A stretch of DNA of 64,000 bases from Albugo candida (Eukaryota), in assembly GCA_040437565.1 (NCBI GenBank), contig JBDOQK010000044.1, positions 186,001 to 250,000 of the forward strand. Direction: 5' to 3'. The notes under the pieces are model-generated. The model searched no databases. It had not been told where the DNA came from and saw nothing but the letters and a program-made list of their open reading frames with translations. Made by a program: the position numbers and the translations under genes. Positions 52,493 through 64,000 of the stretch are shown piece by piece. Numbering within the stretch: position 1 is the stretch's first letter; every line of letters begins with the position of its first letter.

Positions 52493-54655
52493 ATGCTTTC
52501 CAGTCTTATCGTAACGTATGAAGGATCAGCGCTGTCCTGCGATACGATTGACTTGACATACCGCTCAGCGTCTGCAAAGTCGGACAGTGCAAAGGACGTA
52601 GTTCTTATACGTTACCAGCGGCGATCGGGTGAGAGCGAGTCGTTGAAAAGTGTGTTACACGGACAAGGAAAAGTACTTTTCTGCACAGGTCTTTGCTATG
52701 AAGGGCACTTTGTGTACGGTAAAATGCACGGGCAAGGGCGGATGGAGTGGCCTAATGGCGCTCTATATGAAGGTGAGTTTGTTGCCAATATGATACAAGG
52801 AAAAGGGACGTTTACATGGCCAAATGGAAATCAGTATTCGGGCCACGTCAAAGCAGGGATACGACATGGAAAAGGAAGCTTTACTTTCAAAAGAGATGTG
52901 AATGGACCAAAGCCCGAACAATTAAATTTGGAAGAGGAAGTCAAATGCCAAATATGTCATTACGACGGTGAATGGAAAGAAGGGCTTTATGACGGGTGGG
53001 GCACACTTATTTATGATGTAGACGCACATCTTAGATACGAAGGAACGTTCGTACGAGGCAAACGCCACGGGCACGGAATTATATGCTATGCCAATGGAAA
53101 TTGGTACGAAGGTGCTTGGGCCGATGACCAGAAAAGCGGGTTTGGAGTCATGACATGGAAAACTGTCAAGCAATCATTGAGAAACACGGACGTATTAAAG
53201 TCTCACGCATTAGTCACACTGGAAAAGTATGAAGGTGAATGGAAAAACGATGTTCAGGACGGTATCGGTCGACTTGTCTATTTTCCAAGTGTCTCAGAAG
53301 GAGAGAATGTGCCCGATCCATCCTTCTCTTTGTGCAATTGGTATCAGGGTGAGATGAAGGAAGGCCTCCGCCATGGAATCGGGGTCTTCCACTATGAAAA
53401 TGGCTCGAGGTATGAAGGCGAATGGCAGTATAATGTTAAACATGGTTTGGGAATTTTTGTATCAGAAGATGGTCGCATCACTGTCGCACGATATCGACGA
53501 GATCACAATATCGAAGTGATCCATTCCAGTGCTTGTTCAATTCCTACAACGAATGCCGCCATGCTGGGTGGTCTCCCACTCTACATTGACGATCTCGGCG
53601 AAATTAACGCAATTTGGCGAAAATCATTAGTGAATGCGACACTCCGCTACAATGCCGACCTCAGCTCTTTGTATCGGACGTACAGCACCGAATTGAATGA
53701 TGAAATGAGTCGAAATCCACGACCTATGATGACGACTTCAGAATGTAGAGGTCTACTGCAGGATGCACAATTCGATTGCACCGAAGGTCATTTTGAAAGA
53801 TTGCTGAATCAAGTACGAAAATCCCAACGGAAACAGGCTGTAGCATCGTTTACAAAGTCTGTGGAAGGATCGAGCCTCATTCAGTCTTTGATCAAAGTCA
53901 TTCGATACTGTCAGGCAGTTCAATGGCACACTCCGATTGTGTCGATGAAATCGGTCATTTTGTATCGCGAATTTGTGGAGCTTTTGATTCGATTCACTTA
54001 TTACGAAAAAACAGAGAACTTGAGACTTTTTCATTCTGAGCCGACGTCTCTGCCGGAGGTATTCACACAATTTATTGAGCAGAGACTCTGTCCTTTGCAA
54101 AGTATCCGAAAGAAAGAAAGTGTTTTGCGAAAGCGATTGAAAAGCGTATCAGTGCAAAGAGTTCTTAAAAAGCACACAAATTCTCTCACAAAAGCGTTTG
54201 AATATTGTTATGAAAAACAATGTCCGATGCGCGTGCGAGAAACAGCCAAAGAGATGGAAATTGAGGAAGAGGAATTACTGTTTTTGGTTTGTGATAAAAC
54301 CGTATCAATTCGATCGCTTTTGGAGTTCCTAGTACAATTTAAAATACCAAGCAAAATGGAGCCATTTTTGGTCCAACAAATGACTCAAAAAGTTGGAAAT
54401 GTTTTATTTTGTCATAAGAGCGAGTGCAATGCGACTGAAAGCGCGTGTCAATGGATCAAAGATTTCTGCTTATCCGACCGATTGTCTCGCACGGATTTTG
54501 AAGAGGTGATAGCAGTAGTTGCATTCGATTCAATGAACAGCGGTGAATCCTCATCCGATTCACAATTTGCTGCAATTTTGGACGCCTTCATTGCAACTGA
54601 ATTCACACATTTTTCCATCGGAATGGAACCGGGTACCGTACCTTCCAGAATGTGA
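52493..54655 (+). CDS. RSPH10B: MORN-repeat protein, radial spoke head 10B-like (720 aa)
   Basis: About 10 MORN repeats (YEGxFxxGxxHGxG) follow an N-terminal LIVTYEG. A helical C-terminal region with ILYREFVELLIR matches RSPH10B architecture as I recall it. Confidence 0.7.
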   Translation: MLSSLIVTYEGSALSCDTIDLTYRSASAKSDSAKDVVLIRYQRRSGESESLKSVLHGQGKVLFCTGLCYEGHFVYGKMHGQGRMEWPNGALYEGEFVANMIQGKGTFTWPNGNQYSGHVKAGIRHGKGSFTFKRDVNGPKPEQLNLEEEVKCQICHYDGEWKEGLYDGWGTLIYDVDAHLRYEGTFVRGKRHGHGIICYANGNWYEGAWADDQKSGFGVMTWKTVKQSLRNTDVLKSHALVTLEKYEGEWKNDVQDGIGRLVYFPSVSEGENVPDPSFSLCNWYQGEMKEGLRHGIGVFHYENGSRYEGEWQYNVKHGLGIFVSEDGRITVARYRRDHNIEVIHSSACSIPTTNAAMLGGLPLYIDDLGEINAIWRKSLVNATLRYNADLSSLYRTYSTELNDEMSRNPRPMMTTSECRGLLQDAQFDCTEGHFERLLNQVRKSQRKQAVASFTKSVEGSSLIQSLIKVIRYCQAVQWHTPIVSMKSVILYREFVELLIRFTYYEKTENLRLFHSEPTSLPEVFTQFIEQRLCPLQSIRKKESVLRKRLKSVSVQRVLKKHTNSLTKAFEYCYEKQCPMRVRETAKEMEIEEEELLFLVCDKTVSIRSLLEFLVQFKIPSKMEPFLVQQMTQKVGNVLFCHKSECNATESACQWIKDFCLSDRLSRTDFEEVIAVVAFDSMNSGESSSDSQFAAILDAFIATEFTHFSIGMEPGTVPSRM

Positions 54656-54689
54656 TATTCGTATAGCTGTTTACGGTAATGAAAATATA

Positions 54690-56617
54690 ATGACGCAAGC
54701 GGTATCACCTGCCAAAGTATCTGCTGATGCATCGTGTTTTCCACTGCCTAAAAACTCCAAACCACCTCGAGACGGACCAAAACGTAACCGCAGCGTGTCC
54801 ATATCGATTATTTCGTGCCACCACCGTCGGCTTCCAAAACTTAAAACACGAAATCGAATGAAAAAACTACAGCTCCAAACACCTCAATCTTGCAATGAAT
54901 ATAACGACTCCACATCGACCTGCAGTAGTCCTACTCCGCCTAATCGCAACATAATAAGACATTCTTTCTCACAGTCAGCTGATACTCCAACTCGAGCGTC
55001 AGAGTCACAACTTCGAAATGCAATTCCAATGGAGCCAAAATCCACGCAGCCGCATCTTTTTTCTTTGGCAGATTTCATATATAAAGAGATTTTTGGTATT
55101 TACGATATCAAAGCGATCGACGGAGTCCACCAAGAGCGCGTCCAAAACTTTTTAACGATTCCATTTCACCTCGAATCAGTATGGCAATCATCTGACTCTC
55201 TGATTCCATCTTTTAATTATCTGATTCTCTGGATAGCTGATGATATTTGGGATATTTCTCGCAATGGACAGCTTTCTGTTCATTTTCACATACCTTCCAA
55301 TGCGTTTGTTCTTTGGATTCGGCTCTATTTTCGCTTCAAGTTCTCATATTCAGCGATTTTGTCGAACACATTTGTATGACGTTATGGTCGCTTGGCTTCT
55401 CCTTATTGGCGTCTTTGTCTTATTACAAGTCGATATGTCACGTGTATATCACGCCATCCGTGGGCAAGCAATGATCAAACTCTACGTTCTCTTTACAATG
55501 ATCGAAGTAAGCTGAAATTTATACTTACAGGCGTGAGGCCTTAGGCCCCGGCTTTTGAGTTTGACCGATTTTACATGGTAGATATTCGATCGGTTGTTCT
55601 GTTCGCTCGGTCAAGACATACTGGATTCACTGTATTACACTGCGAGATTCCAACCAAATCGCGTGATTCGCTTATTATTGGAATTCATTGTCGCCAGTCT
55701 TTATGTCGATATCCTCTCACAAAATTTCATTTTTTCGATACGGACCTCATTTGAATGTTTTCTTGACCACATTTCTACTTTTGCATTCGTTACTACTGTT
55801 TGTACAGGTCGTTACCGTCCATGTCGCCATCAATTCGAGTAATTCCTCGCTGTTGACGCTGTTAATTTCCAACAATTTCGCGGAATTAAAGGTACAATTT
55901 TTTGGTCTATTGATACGACTTCCAATTAAGTTATTCGTTTTGGCGGCAGAGCTGTGTGTTTAAGAAATTCGAAGAGCAAAACCTGTTTCAAGTGAGCTGT
56001 AGCGATATTGTGGAACGCTTCAAATTACTTCTTTTCCTCGTACTCATTCTGCTTCAATCAATGACACGCGACGCATTTTACGGAACGGTATGAAAACATT
56101 GCTTTCTCCTTAAGCTTTTACACACTCACAATCCACAAAGGCGATGGTAATGCTTGCAGAAATGGTCATTGACTGGCTCAAACACGCTTTCATCACGAAA
56201 TTCAATCAGATCTCACCGCTTGTGTACTCGAAATTCACGACCATTTTGTGTCACGATCTCACCGGCTGGCAAAACTCCAACACGATTCTAGATCATACGC
56301 ATCACGTGTCAAAGCGTCTGGGTCTACTATCCTTGCCTCTGGCTTGTGTGGTGATTCGAATGCTATTGAAAACAATGTGTTCCCGATTCAAACAAAATCC
56401 CTTCAACAGCGATGTATCCGATCCATTGGAAATACCTCATGGAATCGCGGCATTTGACATTCTCATTGCACCACTACTCGCAACTTGGAGCTACCTTCCA
56501 AGTATCCTCATCTTTTTCGTATCATTTCTCTGTCTGGCAGCTCTGAAAATGCTTTTGAGCTTATCGCTTTTCATTTTCGCCATAAACGCCAAACAAATTA
56601 ATTCACAGAAATCGTAA
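54690..56617 (+). CDS. TAPT1: TAPT1/POD1/Emp65 (DUF747) membrane protein (6 exons, about 537 aa; intron 3 is AT-AC)
   Basis: Exons 54690-55178, 55237-55506, 55582-55708, 55779-55891, 55950-56087 and 56141-56617. Motifs: YHAIRGQAMIKLYV, DRLFCSLGQDILDSL, LLISNNFAELKSCVFKKF, SDIVERF and DWLKHAFITKFN. The start codon is uncertain (54690 or 54858). Confidence 0.92.
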
Positions 56618-56713
56618 AACCAAATGCGTTTATATTTTTTCTACAGAAATTTCGTACAGCAATTGGGTCCTATCAAAGAATTTCTAACAATCAATTGATA
56701 CAATTTTTGCTCT

Positions 56714-59700
56714 TTAGGCAATTTGCAGTCGGGGAACACGACAAACGCCCAAATGATCGACTTGTTTATCCATTGGATTCGATTCCATCGCTGTGGCCAC
56801 TTCCAAATCCATTTGCGGGAAGCGTTTAGCAATCCGCGCGGTGATTCTTCTTCCATTAGAGCTGTTCTTCATCGCGTTCAAATGAGGACAAATGGCGGTC
56901 ACCAGCGCCATACATTGAGACTCGGCGCACACACACAATGCTCGTTGGACAACGTAATTGGCAAACTGATCCTGGAGCAATCGCTGCATCTTCGCACATC
57001 CAATTAATTCTTCGACATATCGTCTTCGGATGCGTTCAGGCGCTTTTTCCAAACACTTTTCCACGACATTAGAACTGAATTTCTGAACAGATAATTCAAA
57101 CACATGACCGAGAGGTTTTATCATAATCCCAATCGCTTCTTCGGCCGTGCAGGCGTCCAAAACATATTGCACGACATAATTACCGTAAGGATCTTGCATC
57201 AATTTCATTGCGTGATTTTCCACTTGTGCGATCAATTCCTTCTTTTGTAAGGTGTTGGCCGCGTCCAAACATCGCTGTAACACACAACATCCATGTCGAT
57301 GCGTTCCAACTGTCGTGCATTCTCGAGACACAGCGTCGAATATAAATTGTGTGGATTTCGATTGAAAATATTGTAAAGCTCGCTGAATGACGTGATTCCC
57401 ATTCGAGTCGATACACAAACGTACAGCGTCATCTTTCAATGCTTCCACAACCAATTCCGACAGATCCATTCCATTCTCTTCATTCGAANNNNNNNNNNNN
57501 NNNNNNNNNNNNNNNNNNNNNNNNNNNNNNNNNNNNNNNNNNNNNNNNNNNNNNNNNNNNNNNNNNNNNNNNNNNNNNNNNNNNNNNNACAGCGTCATCT
57601 TTCAATGCTTCCACAACCAATTCCGACAGATCCATTCCATTCTCTTCATTCGAATGCTCCGACTTTGTATTGGCACATATTTCCACCACTTTTTGAACAG
57701 AACGCGTTCCGTGCAAATTCAAAGCGGCAGCCATTAAATGCGGACAAACAGCACGCACAATTGCTAACCGTTGCCATTCATCCGCTCGTGCAATCAGTTT
57801 CTGGAACAGATAATTACCAAATGGATCGACCATCATTTCAGGTAAATGGTCGAGTGATTCCTGGAAGATAATTTGCCATAAAACTTTACGATCGTCGTAT
57901 TCCAATTGTTCTTGTAATAATCGACAGCCATTCTGATCTTTCGACATGGAGTACACTCTTCCTTTGATATCTTCTTCGGAAATTGCCGATAGATTGCAAC
58001 CAAGTGTGTTGGCACTCAAAGGACCGGATCGCGTCGTTGATACATGCGGCATACCATTACTGTTCTTACGGGAGACGTTTGGGTACATTTCAATCGATTC
58101 TTCGATGGCATTGGGATACATTCCGGGCGCGTCTGGTACCATACACGATGGAAGAGGTACGGGTGATTGCATCGCGTACATATTCTGAGGCGTGGGTCCA
58201 TGTGCGTATCTGCATTTATTACCGAGCCGACAATGTCCCTGGAGGTAAAATTTGCAGANNNNNNNNNNNNNNNNNNNNNNNNNNNNNNNNNNNNNNNNNN
58301 NNNNNNNNNNNNNNNNNNNNNNNNNNNNNNNNNNNNNNNNNNNNNNNNNNNNNNNNNNGCACTCAAAGGACCGGATCGCGTCGTTGATACATGCGGCATA
58401 CCATTACTGTTCTTACGGGAGACGTTTGGGTACATTTCAATCGATTCTTCGATGGCATTGGGATACATTCCGGGCGCGTCTGGTACCATACACGATGGAA
58501 GAGGTACGGGTGATTGCATCGCGTACATATTCTGAGGCGTGGGTCCATGTGCGTATCTGCATTTATTACCGAGCCGACAATGTCCCTGGAGGTAAAATTT
58601 GCAGAATTTGAGATTGCATGGAGGTAATCGATTGATATGAATCATGTTTGGATGTGGTAATGTATTCACAAATGTCGGAACGGGAACACGACGATACGAG
58701 TCGATTGACGGTGTCGACAGCATGGATGCATTTGGTCGAATTCTCACTGGGTACGGCATTGCAGTATTAAGGTCGTAATTTTCATGAAAGGATCTCGTGA
58801 GATGAGAAGGAACAGGAGCGAATGGAGGTGGGAAGTTAGCCGGATTGAGGTTCCATGGGACTACAGGGAATGGATACGCTTCCATTGTATTTGGATAGTC
58901 GTGATCGAGTGAGCGATTGTACTGAGTGGGATCATAATTTGGCTCATAATGAAAGAGTCGAACATCTGCGGGTTCATCGGTCCATTCATTGACAGGATTG
59001 AGTGAGGTGCGTTGTGAAGTGTCTTGGAGGTGTGCTTGTGTACCGGGTAAATGGCTCGCATGTGTGGTGAGGTCGGATCCTCTTGTTGAGTGAGAGAGAT
59101 TTCCATCGAGAGAGAACGTTGGGGGAAGGTAGATGGATCTTTGAGAGGTTGAAACACATGCTTTAGCGACATGGGTAGAAGCTGTATCGCCATTTTGAGT
59201 TGTGTGAGAGGGTATGGAGTCTGTATGAGCCTTTTCATCTTTCAAGTTCAACTTGAGAAAATGACTTCCTAATGCTTGACTTGGTGATTGCGAGAGAAAC
59301 ATTTCGATGCTGTTTTTGCGTGGATTGTGGTTTATAGCAATGGATTCCATCAAATTGCCACTTTTCAGTGTATTGAGAGCTTTTTTTGATTGAGTTGGCT
59401 CTAGTTCTAAGAATGAACTTGAAAATGATGAATTTGATGTGGATCGGTTCGAATGTGTACCTTCGTGCAACAACGATTTTAATGATGTTGACCGTGTGGG
59501 TGGTGCATTGAGGGACGACGGATGAGGAATTGGTTTTGCTGGAGAAGTAGTTGTGTATGGAACGGGTGCAAATAATGAGTTTGTTCCGTTTCCAAATGCA
59601 AAAAAGTTTGGCGAGGAGAGACTGAGTCGCGTTTCATTAGTACCATCTTCAGTATACGTATACTGATCGTCTGAAAAGTGATTCTCTCGAGAAGGAATCT

Positions 59701-59935
59701 GACTGGTTGGATGCTTTTGTTGCGTGCGTCCAAATCCATTTCGGTCTTCTTCCTTGAGATCGTCGTCTTCTATTTCTGTCGAATTGGTGCTGCATTCTTC
59801 CATTCCATTCGTTCGATGTTTTGTACGCGTGTTGTAAACCATTTCAAAGTGTTTTGAGGATGCGAGTGTTTTATCTAACGTATTGATCGGCAAAGTTGTG
59901 TGGTCGGACGAATTCATAGAGGAAGGCGCCATCAT
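56714..59935 (-). CDS. Pumilio/PUF RNA-binding protein with an upstream CCCH zinc finger (about 902 aa after collapsing two gap duplications)
   Basis: Eight PUF repeats (DQNGCRLLQ, DPFGNYLFQ, NLHGTRSVQ, DSNGNHVIQ, HRHGCCVLQ, DPYGNYVVQ, QKFSSNVVE, DQFANYVVQ) and CKFYLQGHCRLGNKCRYAH. Removing the two gaps plus the 66-bp and 247-bp duplicated flanks leaves one 2709-nt ORF. Confidence 0.9.
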
Positions 59936-60804
59936 TCCTCCTAGGCCAAATGTGCAATAATGAAAAGTATGGTACAGCGCGCAGCAACTGTGTAATTTAC
60001 AAGTGACAAATCCTTCTAATGTTTCGATTCGCTGATTGATTGATTTATGTGACGGTTTATAAAATTCACTCGAGTCGAAACGGGTGGACCAATAATTGAG
60101 GAAGGAGTGGTGGAGGGTGAGGGGTACCTCTTTCAAAAACGAGGATATTGCTTCAATGAGGGAAGGAAGATTGGCAATTGCTTCATGCACTGAAAGTCAC
60201 GCGCAAGAGAACAATGGCAGATACGAGTGATGAAACAAGCTGAGCACGGATGCAAAGACTATGCGTATGATCGACTGTACTGTTGATTTTTGACCGCGCT
60301 TTCGAACAACGAAGTGTCCTTTTTTATGTACAAACCACTTCTACCACATATATTTACATATTTATAAGTAGAATATGATTGGTTCAGAATCAAACATCAT
60401 ATTAGCAAGGAAAAAGGATTGGATAGAGAACGTGTAATGTAACCTGTAACCTGATCATTCTAGAAAATCAAATCAAAATCAAGTCATTGTGCTTATCTTT
60501 TCCATCCGACTGTTACCTTGCTTATTTTGTATCACTTTTGGCGGTCAATTTAGCCATGAAGATTTTGTTTCAATAATCCTCACTAATCTNNNNNNNNNNN
60601 NNNNNNNNNNNNNNNNNNNNNNNNNNNNNNNNNNNNNNNNNNNNNNNNNNNNNNNNNNNNNNNNNNNNNNNNNNNNNNNNNNNNNNNNNGATTTTGTTTC
60701 AATAATCCTCACTAATCTAATACAATTCTACAACACTCGCGTATCATAAAAAGTGACAGGTTTTTGCGTCACACTTTCAAATCAAAGCTTCCAAATCAGA
60801 AAAA

Positions 60805-63077
60805 ATGCCGATTTTCGGCGACACATTCAGTGCCAATGACGCGTTTAATGACACAATAGAGGACGACATCAATGCGAAAGCCCCTTCTATTGATTACTAT
60901 GCAATATTGGCACTTCCACGCGATGCGACGACCGCTGAGATTCGAAATCGATATTTAATGCTGTCACGTGAATTTCATCCCGATCGACTACGTCATCGGC
61001 TACAGCGCACTGACATCACGCCCGAACGTCTTGACGCATTAGAAGACTTTGCCACATTCACATTTCCGACTATCGATCGAGCGTATAAGATTCTTTGTGA
61101 TCCAACAAAGCGATTTGCTTACGATATGTATGGCGAAGAGGTACGCTTCCCACAATGCAATTGTAAATGTCACTATGGTGAGGTAGTTTATGTGATTTGA
61201 TTCAATTTAGGGTGTTCTTGCACTTGAAAATGACACAACAAATGACCTCAAAAGTCGTGAGGCACTCAATACTTATCTGAGATCCAAAGAAAAGGTACTC
61301 AGTTCAGTGAGGTGTTTCTCGACAATCCTTATTCCTTGCAATCTCTTTAATCCGATAGCTCGACCAATATATCCAACAAATCATCCAAGCTATGAATCAA
61401 GCAAAACTTCGAGCTTCGTTTATATCGCTCAGTGATGTAGTTATGCATGTTGATGCTTCCGACTTTTACAGCCATCCATTCCAAAGCATACGCAAATTTG
61501 GACAATCCGAGTACCAATCCATCACACGAACGGAAATGACAATGAGACAACAATTCGTTATTCCGATTAATAACAGCACTCGATGGACATTCGGGGCGTA
61601 TTTGATGGATCGTGAGAATTTGGCGATGGGAGGACTCACCTCACAAATCGCATACACTGGTTCCGATGTCACTCTTCCGTCTGTGACTTTCAGCACACAG
61701 ATGGGATGGAAACCGAAATGTGCTTTACAATGCTCACAACCAATCTCGCCGTATACTGCTGGCACACTCTCATGGGAATACGATGAAACAGGAATACAAA
61801 TTGGAGGAAGTGTACAACACGCACTCACGGCTCAGACTCACGGGCAAATGATGTGGGGAACACGTGAGGGACTGACACTCGGAGTTGCAAACGATACGAC
61901 CAATTACAAAACGTCATTTCGAATCGGTGTGGGAAGCCGCGTTTCTATGCTTATGACCGTTCAAGATGAAAATGGACAGTATCAAAGTGTTCCGATTGTG
62001 AGAAAAATGGCTGTTCCTCAAATTACATGTGCGGGCAAATATAATATTTCTCCCAAAACGAATATCCGAGGTTCTTTCTCGGGTGACTTGCTGTTACGAC
62101 AAATTAGTGTGAGCTTGGGTAGTGCGTTCAACGTCGCACAAAAAGCTAAAATAGCTATTGATGTCTTATTGGCGTACACTGGAGTCACATTTCAGTTTGG
62201 ATGCAAACGCGGAAATGTTCGTTTCGTTATACCGATATTCCTCGCACCGTTTTCTAACACAACCGCTTTGGGGGCATTTATTGCGGCTACGTCTCCTCAT
62301 TTTGTATCCGCAATAGTGGCTCAGATCCTCAAACCCAAATTGCAACATCGTCAACGAGTGATCCGAAGACAATTTGAGGATAACAGAAATCGGCAGATTG
62401 AAATTCAAAAGGATGTCGCGAGTAAACAGCAAATACTTATGCAACGTACTGCGTCTGAAAAACGTCAGCAAGAAATTGCAAGGAGTGTGGCAGCTCGAGA
62501 TTCCTCAAATCAAACACCAATGAACTCGGGTTTAGTGATCTTACTCGCTCGATATGGCTGCAGTGTTGAGGACGAGGGGGTGAAACACGACCAAAGTGAC
62601 GCAAGTATAGAGAACGAATGTCTGAGCTTTTCAGATCAAGAATCCGTCGAAAACAGTGAGGTTTTATATCAGGAAAGTGAAAACTTTGAGCGCGGTACCG
62701 TTTCCCAATGGACAGATGTGACCATTCCGATACAATTTTTTGTGCAGGTGAGCGATTTGTGTACTATAAGCGGCGGTAACTGAATTTCTTTTCTCCAGAA
62801 TGGTCGGTTAGAGCTCCCGGCACAATCGAAAGCGCACTTATTGGGGTTCTATAATCCTTGCGGTACCGCCAAACAAGATGCGTTAGTTCCGTCTCCGCAA
62901 TTGTAAGCATGTTCTCGTATTGTAAACTCTGTAGTATTGTGACGTTATGTATGTAACAGATACATTCGCTATGTATACAACGATCTAGTTTATGAGGTTA
63001 CATTTGAGGACCACGAGCAGGTGCAATTGCCGTCCAAGTTCGCACGCGTTATGGGATCCGCAAAGTTGGTACAATGA
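60805..63077 (+). CDS. DNAJC11: DnaJ homolog subfamily C member 11 (5 exons, about 676 aa)
   Basis: Exons 60805-61140, 61211-61294, 61359-62747, 62799-62902 and 62960-63077, all with GT-AG introns in frame. It has a J domain (FHPD), a beta-strand-rich core and a DUF3395-type C-terminus (DVTIPIQFFV...SKAHLLGFYNPC...LYIRY). Confidence 0.92.
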
Positions 63078-63129
63078 GGATACAGCGGTAACAATAAAGT
63101 TCGGATTTACAACAATGGGGCTGAAAAAA

Positions 63130-63666
63130 TTACATATTTGTCCAGCTGCTACTTCTTGCTTCACAGTTCTCGATATTATGATCAATAAAAGCACGAATTT
63201 TCAGCTCAAGCTCAGAGACAGTACTTTGAGGGACTGATGCTACAACTGAGAGTGAGCTGCAATTTGCTGTCATTTGAGTGGTACCTGTGAAGGTGTCTTT
63301 CATTTCTTTTACAATATCTTCCACTGAAACGTTTTGAATATTTTTGCGTTCATGTATTTCTGTAATTTGATGCAGTTTGATTGCGAGGTGTTGCGTGACA
63401 AGAAATTGAGTATGACACACCTTTACACTGTGCCTTTATTCCTTCAATCCATCCATACTCGATCAAACGCTCTTTTAGCAGTCCTTTGAGTTGGAGGCGC
63501 TTGTTTGATGTCAGAAACCGACGAGTCAATCGTGGCGCTAGATCCGTATCGCATAGATTGTGCGATGTAGGATGCCTTTTAATACGTTTTAGTAATTGTG
63601 TGTTTTCTACTCATTTGCTCGCATTGTTACTCACTCTTTCGACTCCATTGCGAGATTACGCTCCAT
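63130..63666 (-). CDS. ENY2: ENY2/Sus1 (SAGA/TREX-2 component; 4 exons, about 123 aa)
   Basis: Exons 63666-63635, 63575-63421, 63359-63285 and 63239-63130. The protein LKGLLKERLIEYGWIEGIKAQCKE..VSVEDIVKEM..ASVPQSTVSELELKIRAF matches the ENY2 signature. The ORF track captures only its last two exons. Confidence 0.85.
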
Positions 63667-63735
63667 ATTCCTTATAACATAACTGTTCTTAACACACCGC
63701 TCTGATATCTGATGGGTCAGCCCATCGACAACCCG

Positions 63736-64000
63736 TCAATTACCGGTTTTATAAGCATGCCGGGCGTCGGTGATTATGTCGAATGCGCGTTGCAAGAACA
63801 CCGCTCCATTGTAACAAATCTACTGGAATCCATCAACACTGCGTCATTGTACGTGTCTCACGCATACCAATGCCTCATTTTCCAATTACATTTACGTTTA
63901 CGTTTAACAAAGACCTCCTTCGACGATAACAAACATTCGGTTACGCTCTGTTCAAGAACAAGTGCATCGGTTACTGGAATCCGATCGTCGACTCGCAACC
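63736..64000 (-). CDS. 3' end of an unidentified gene running off the window (partial)
   Basis: An open frame LRVDDRIPVTDALVLEQSVTECLLSSKEVFVK, a probable intron, and a last exon ICYNGAVFLQRAFDIITDARHAYKTGN*. No family was recognised. Confidence 0.45.

Noticed and set aside
57423-58605. Apparent second CCCH finger and frameshifts in the PUF gene
   Set aside because: These are exact duplicates flanking N gaps. Collapsing them restores one reading frame.
59936-60190. N-terminal extension of the 724-aa ORF
   Set aside because: It starts at GTG. The first in-frame ATG is 59935, so this is probably 5'UTR.

Overview
Eukaryotic genomic DNA from a draft assembly with many 100-N gaps. Gene content, about 41-43% GC by eye, 45-76 nt introns and very short intergenic spaces point to an oomycete, plausibly Albugo-like; this is inference, not a database result. 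The window has two compartments. About 1-43.9 kb is gene-poor and holds nested, decayed transposons (Ty3/gypsy, Ty1/copia, LINE, MULE, IS630/Tc1-like, MITEs), one intact gene (SURF6/Rrp14) and several stretches that look like eroded host genes. About 43.9-64 kb is densely packed with housekeeping genes: RPA2, a P4-ATPase flippase, a type II membrane GT-B glycosyltransferase, an RSPH10B-like MORN protein, TAPT1/DUF747, a CCCH-zinc-finger + Pumilio protein, DNAJC11, ENY2/Sus1 and a partial gene. The best observations are: a probable U12-type AT-AC intron in TAPT1; a four-layer transposon nest resolved by TIRs and TSDs; introns in one IS630/Tc1-like transposase copy, one of them absent from a paralog; the CCCH-PUF architecture; and a possible decayed Sfi1-repeat gene. 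I found no CRISPR array, rRNA or tRNA. I cannot claim a wholly new multi-gene system.
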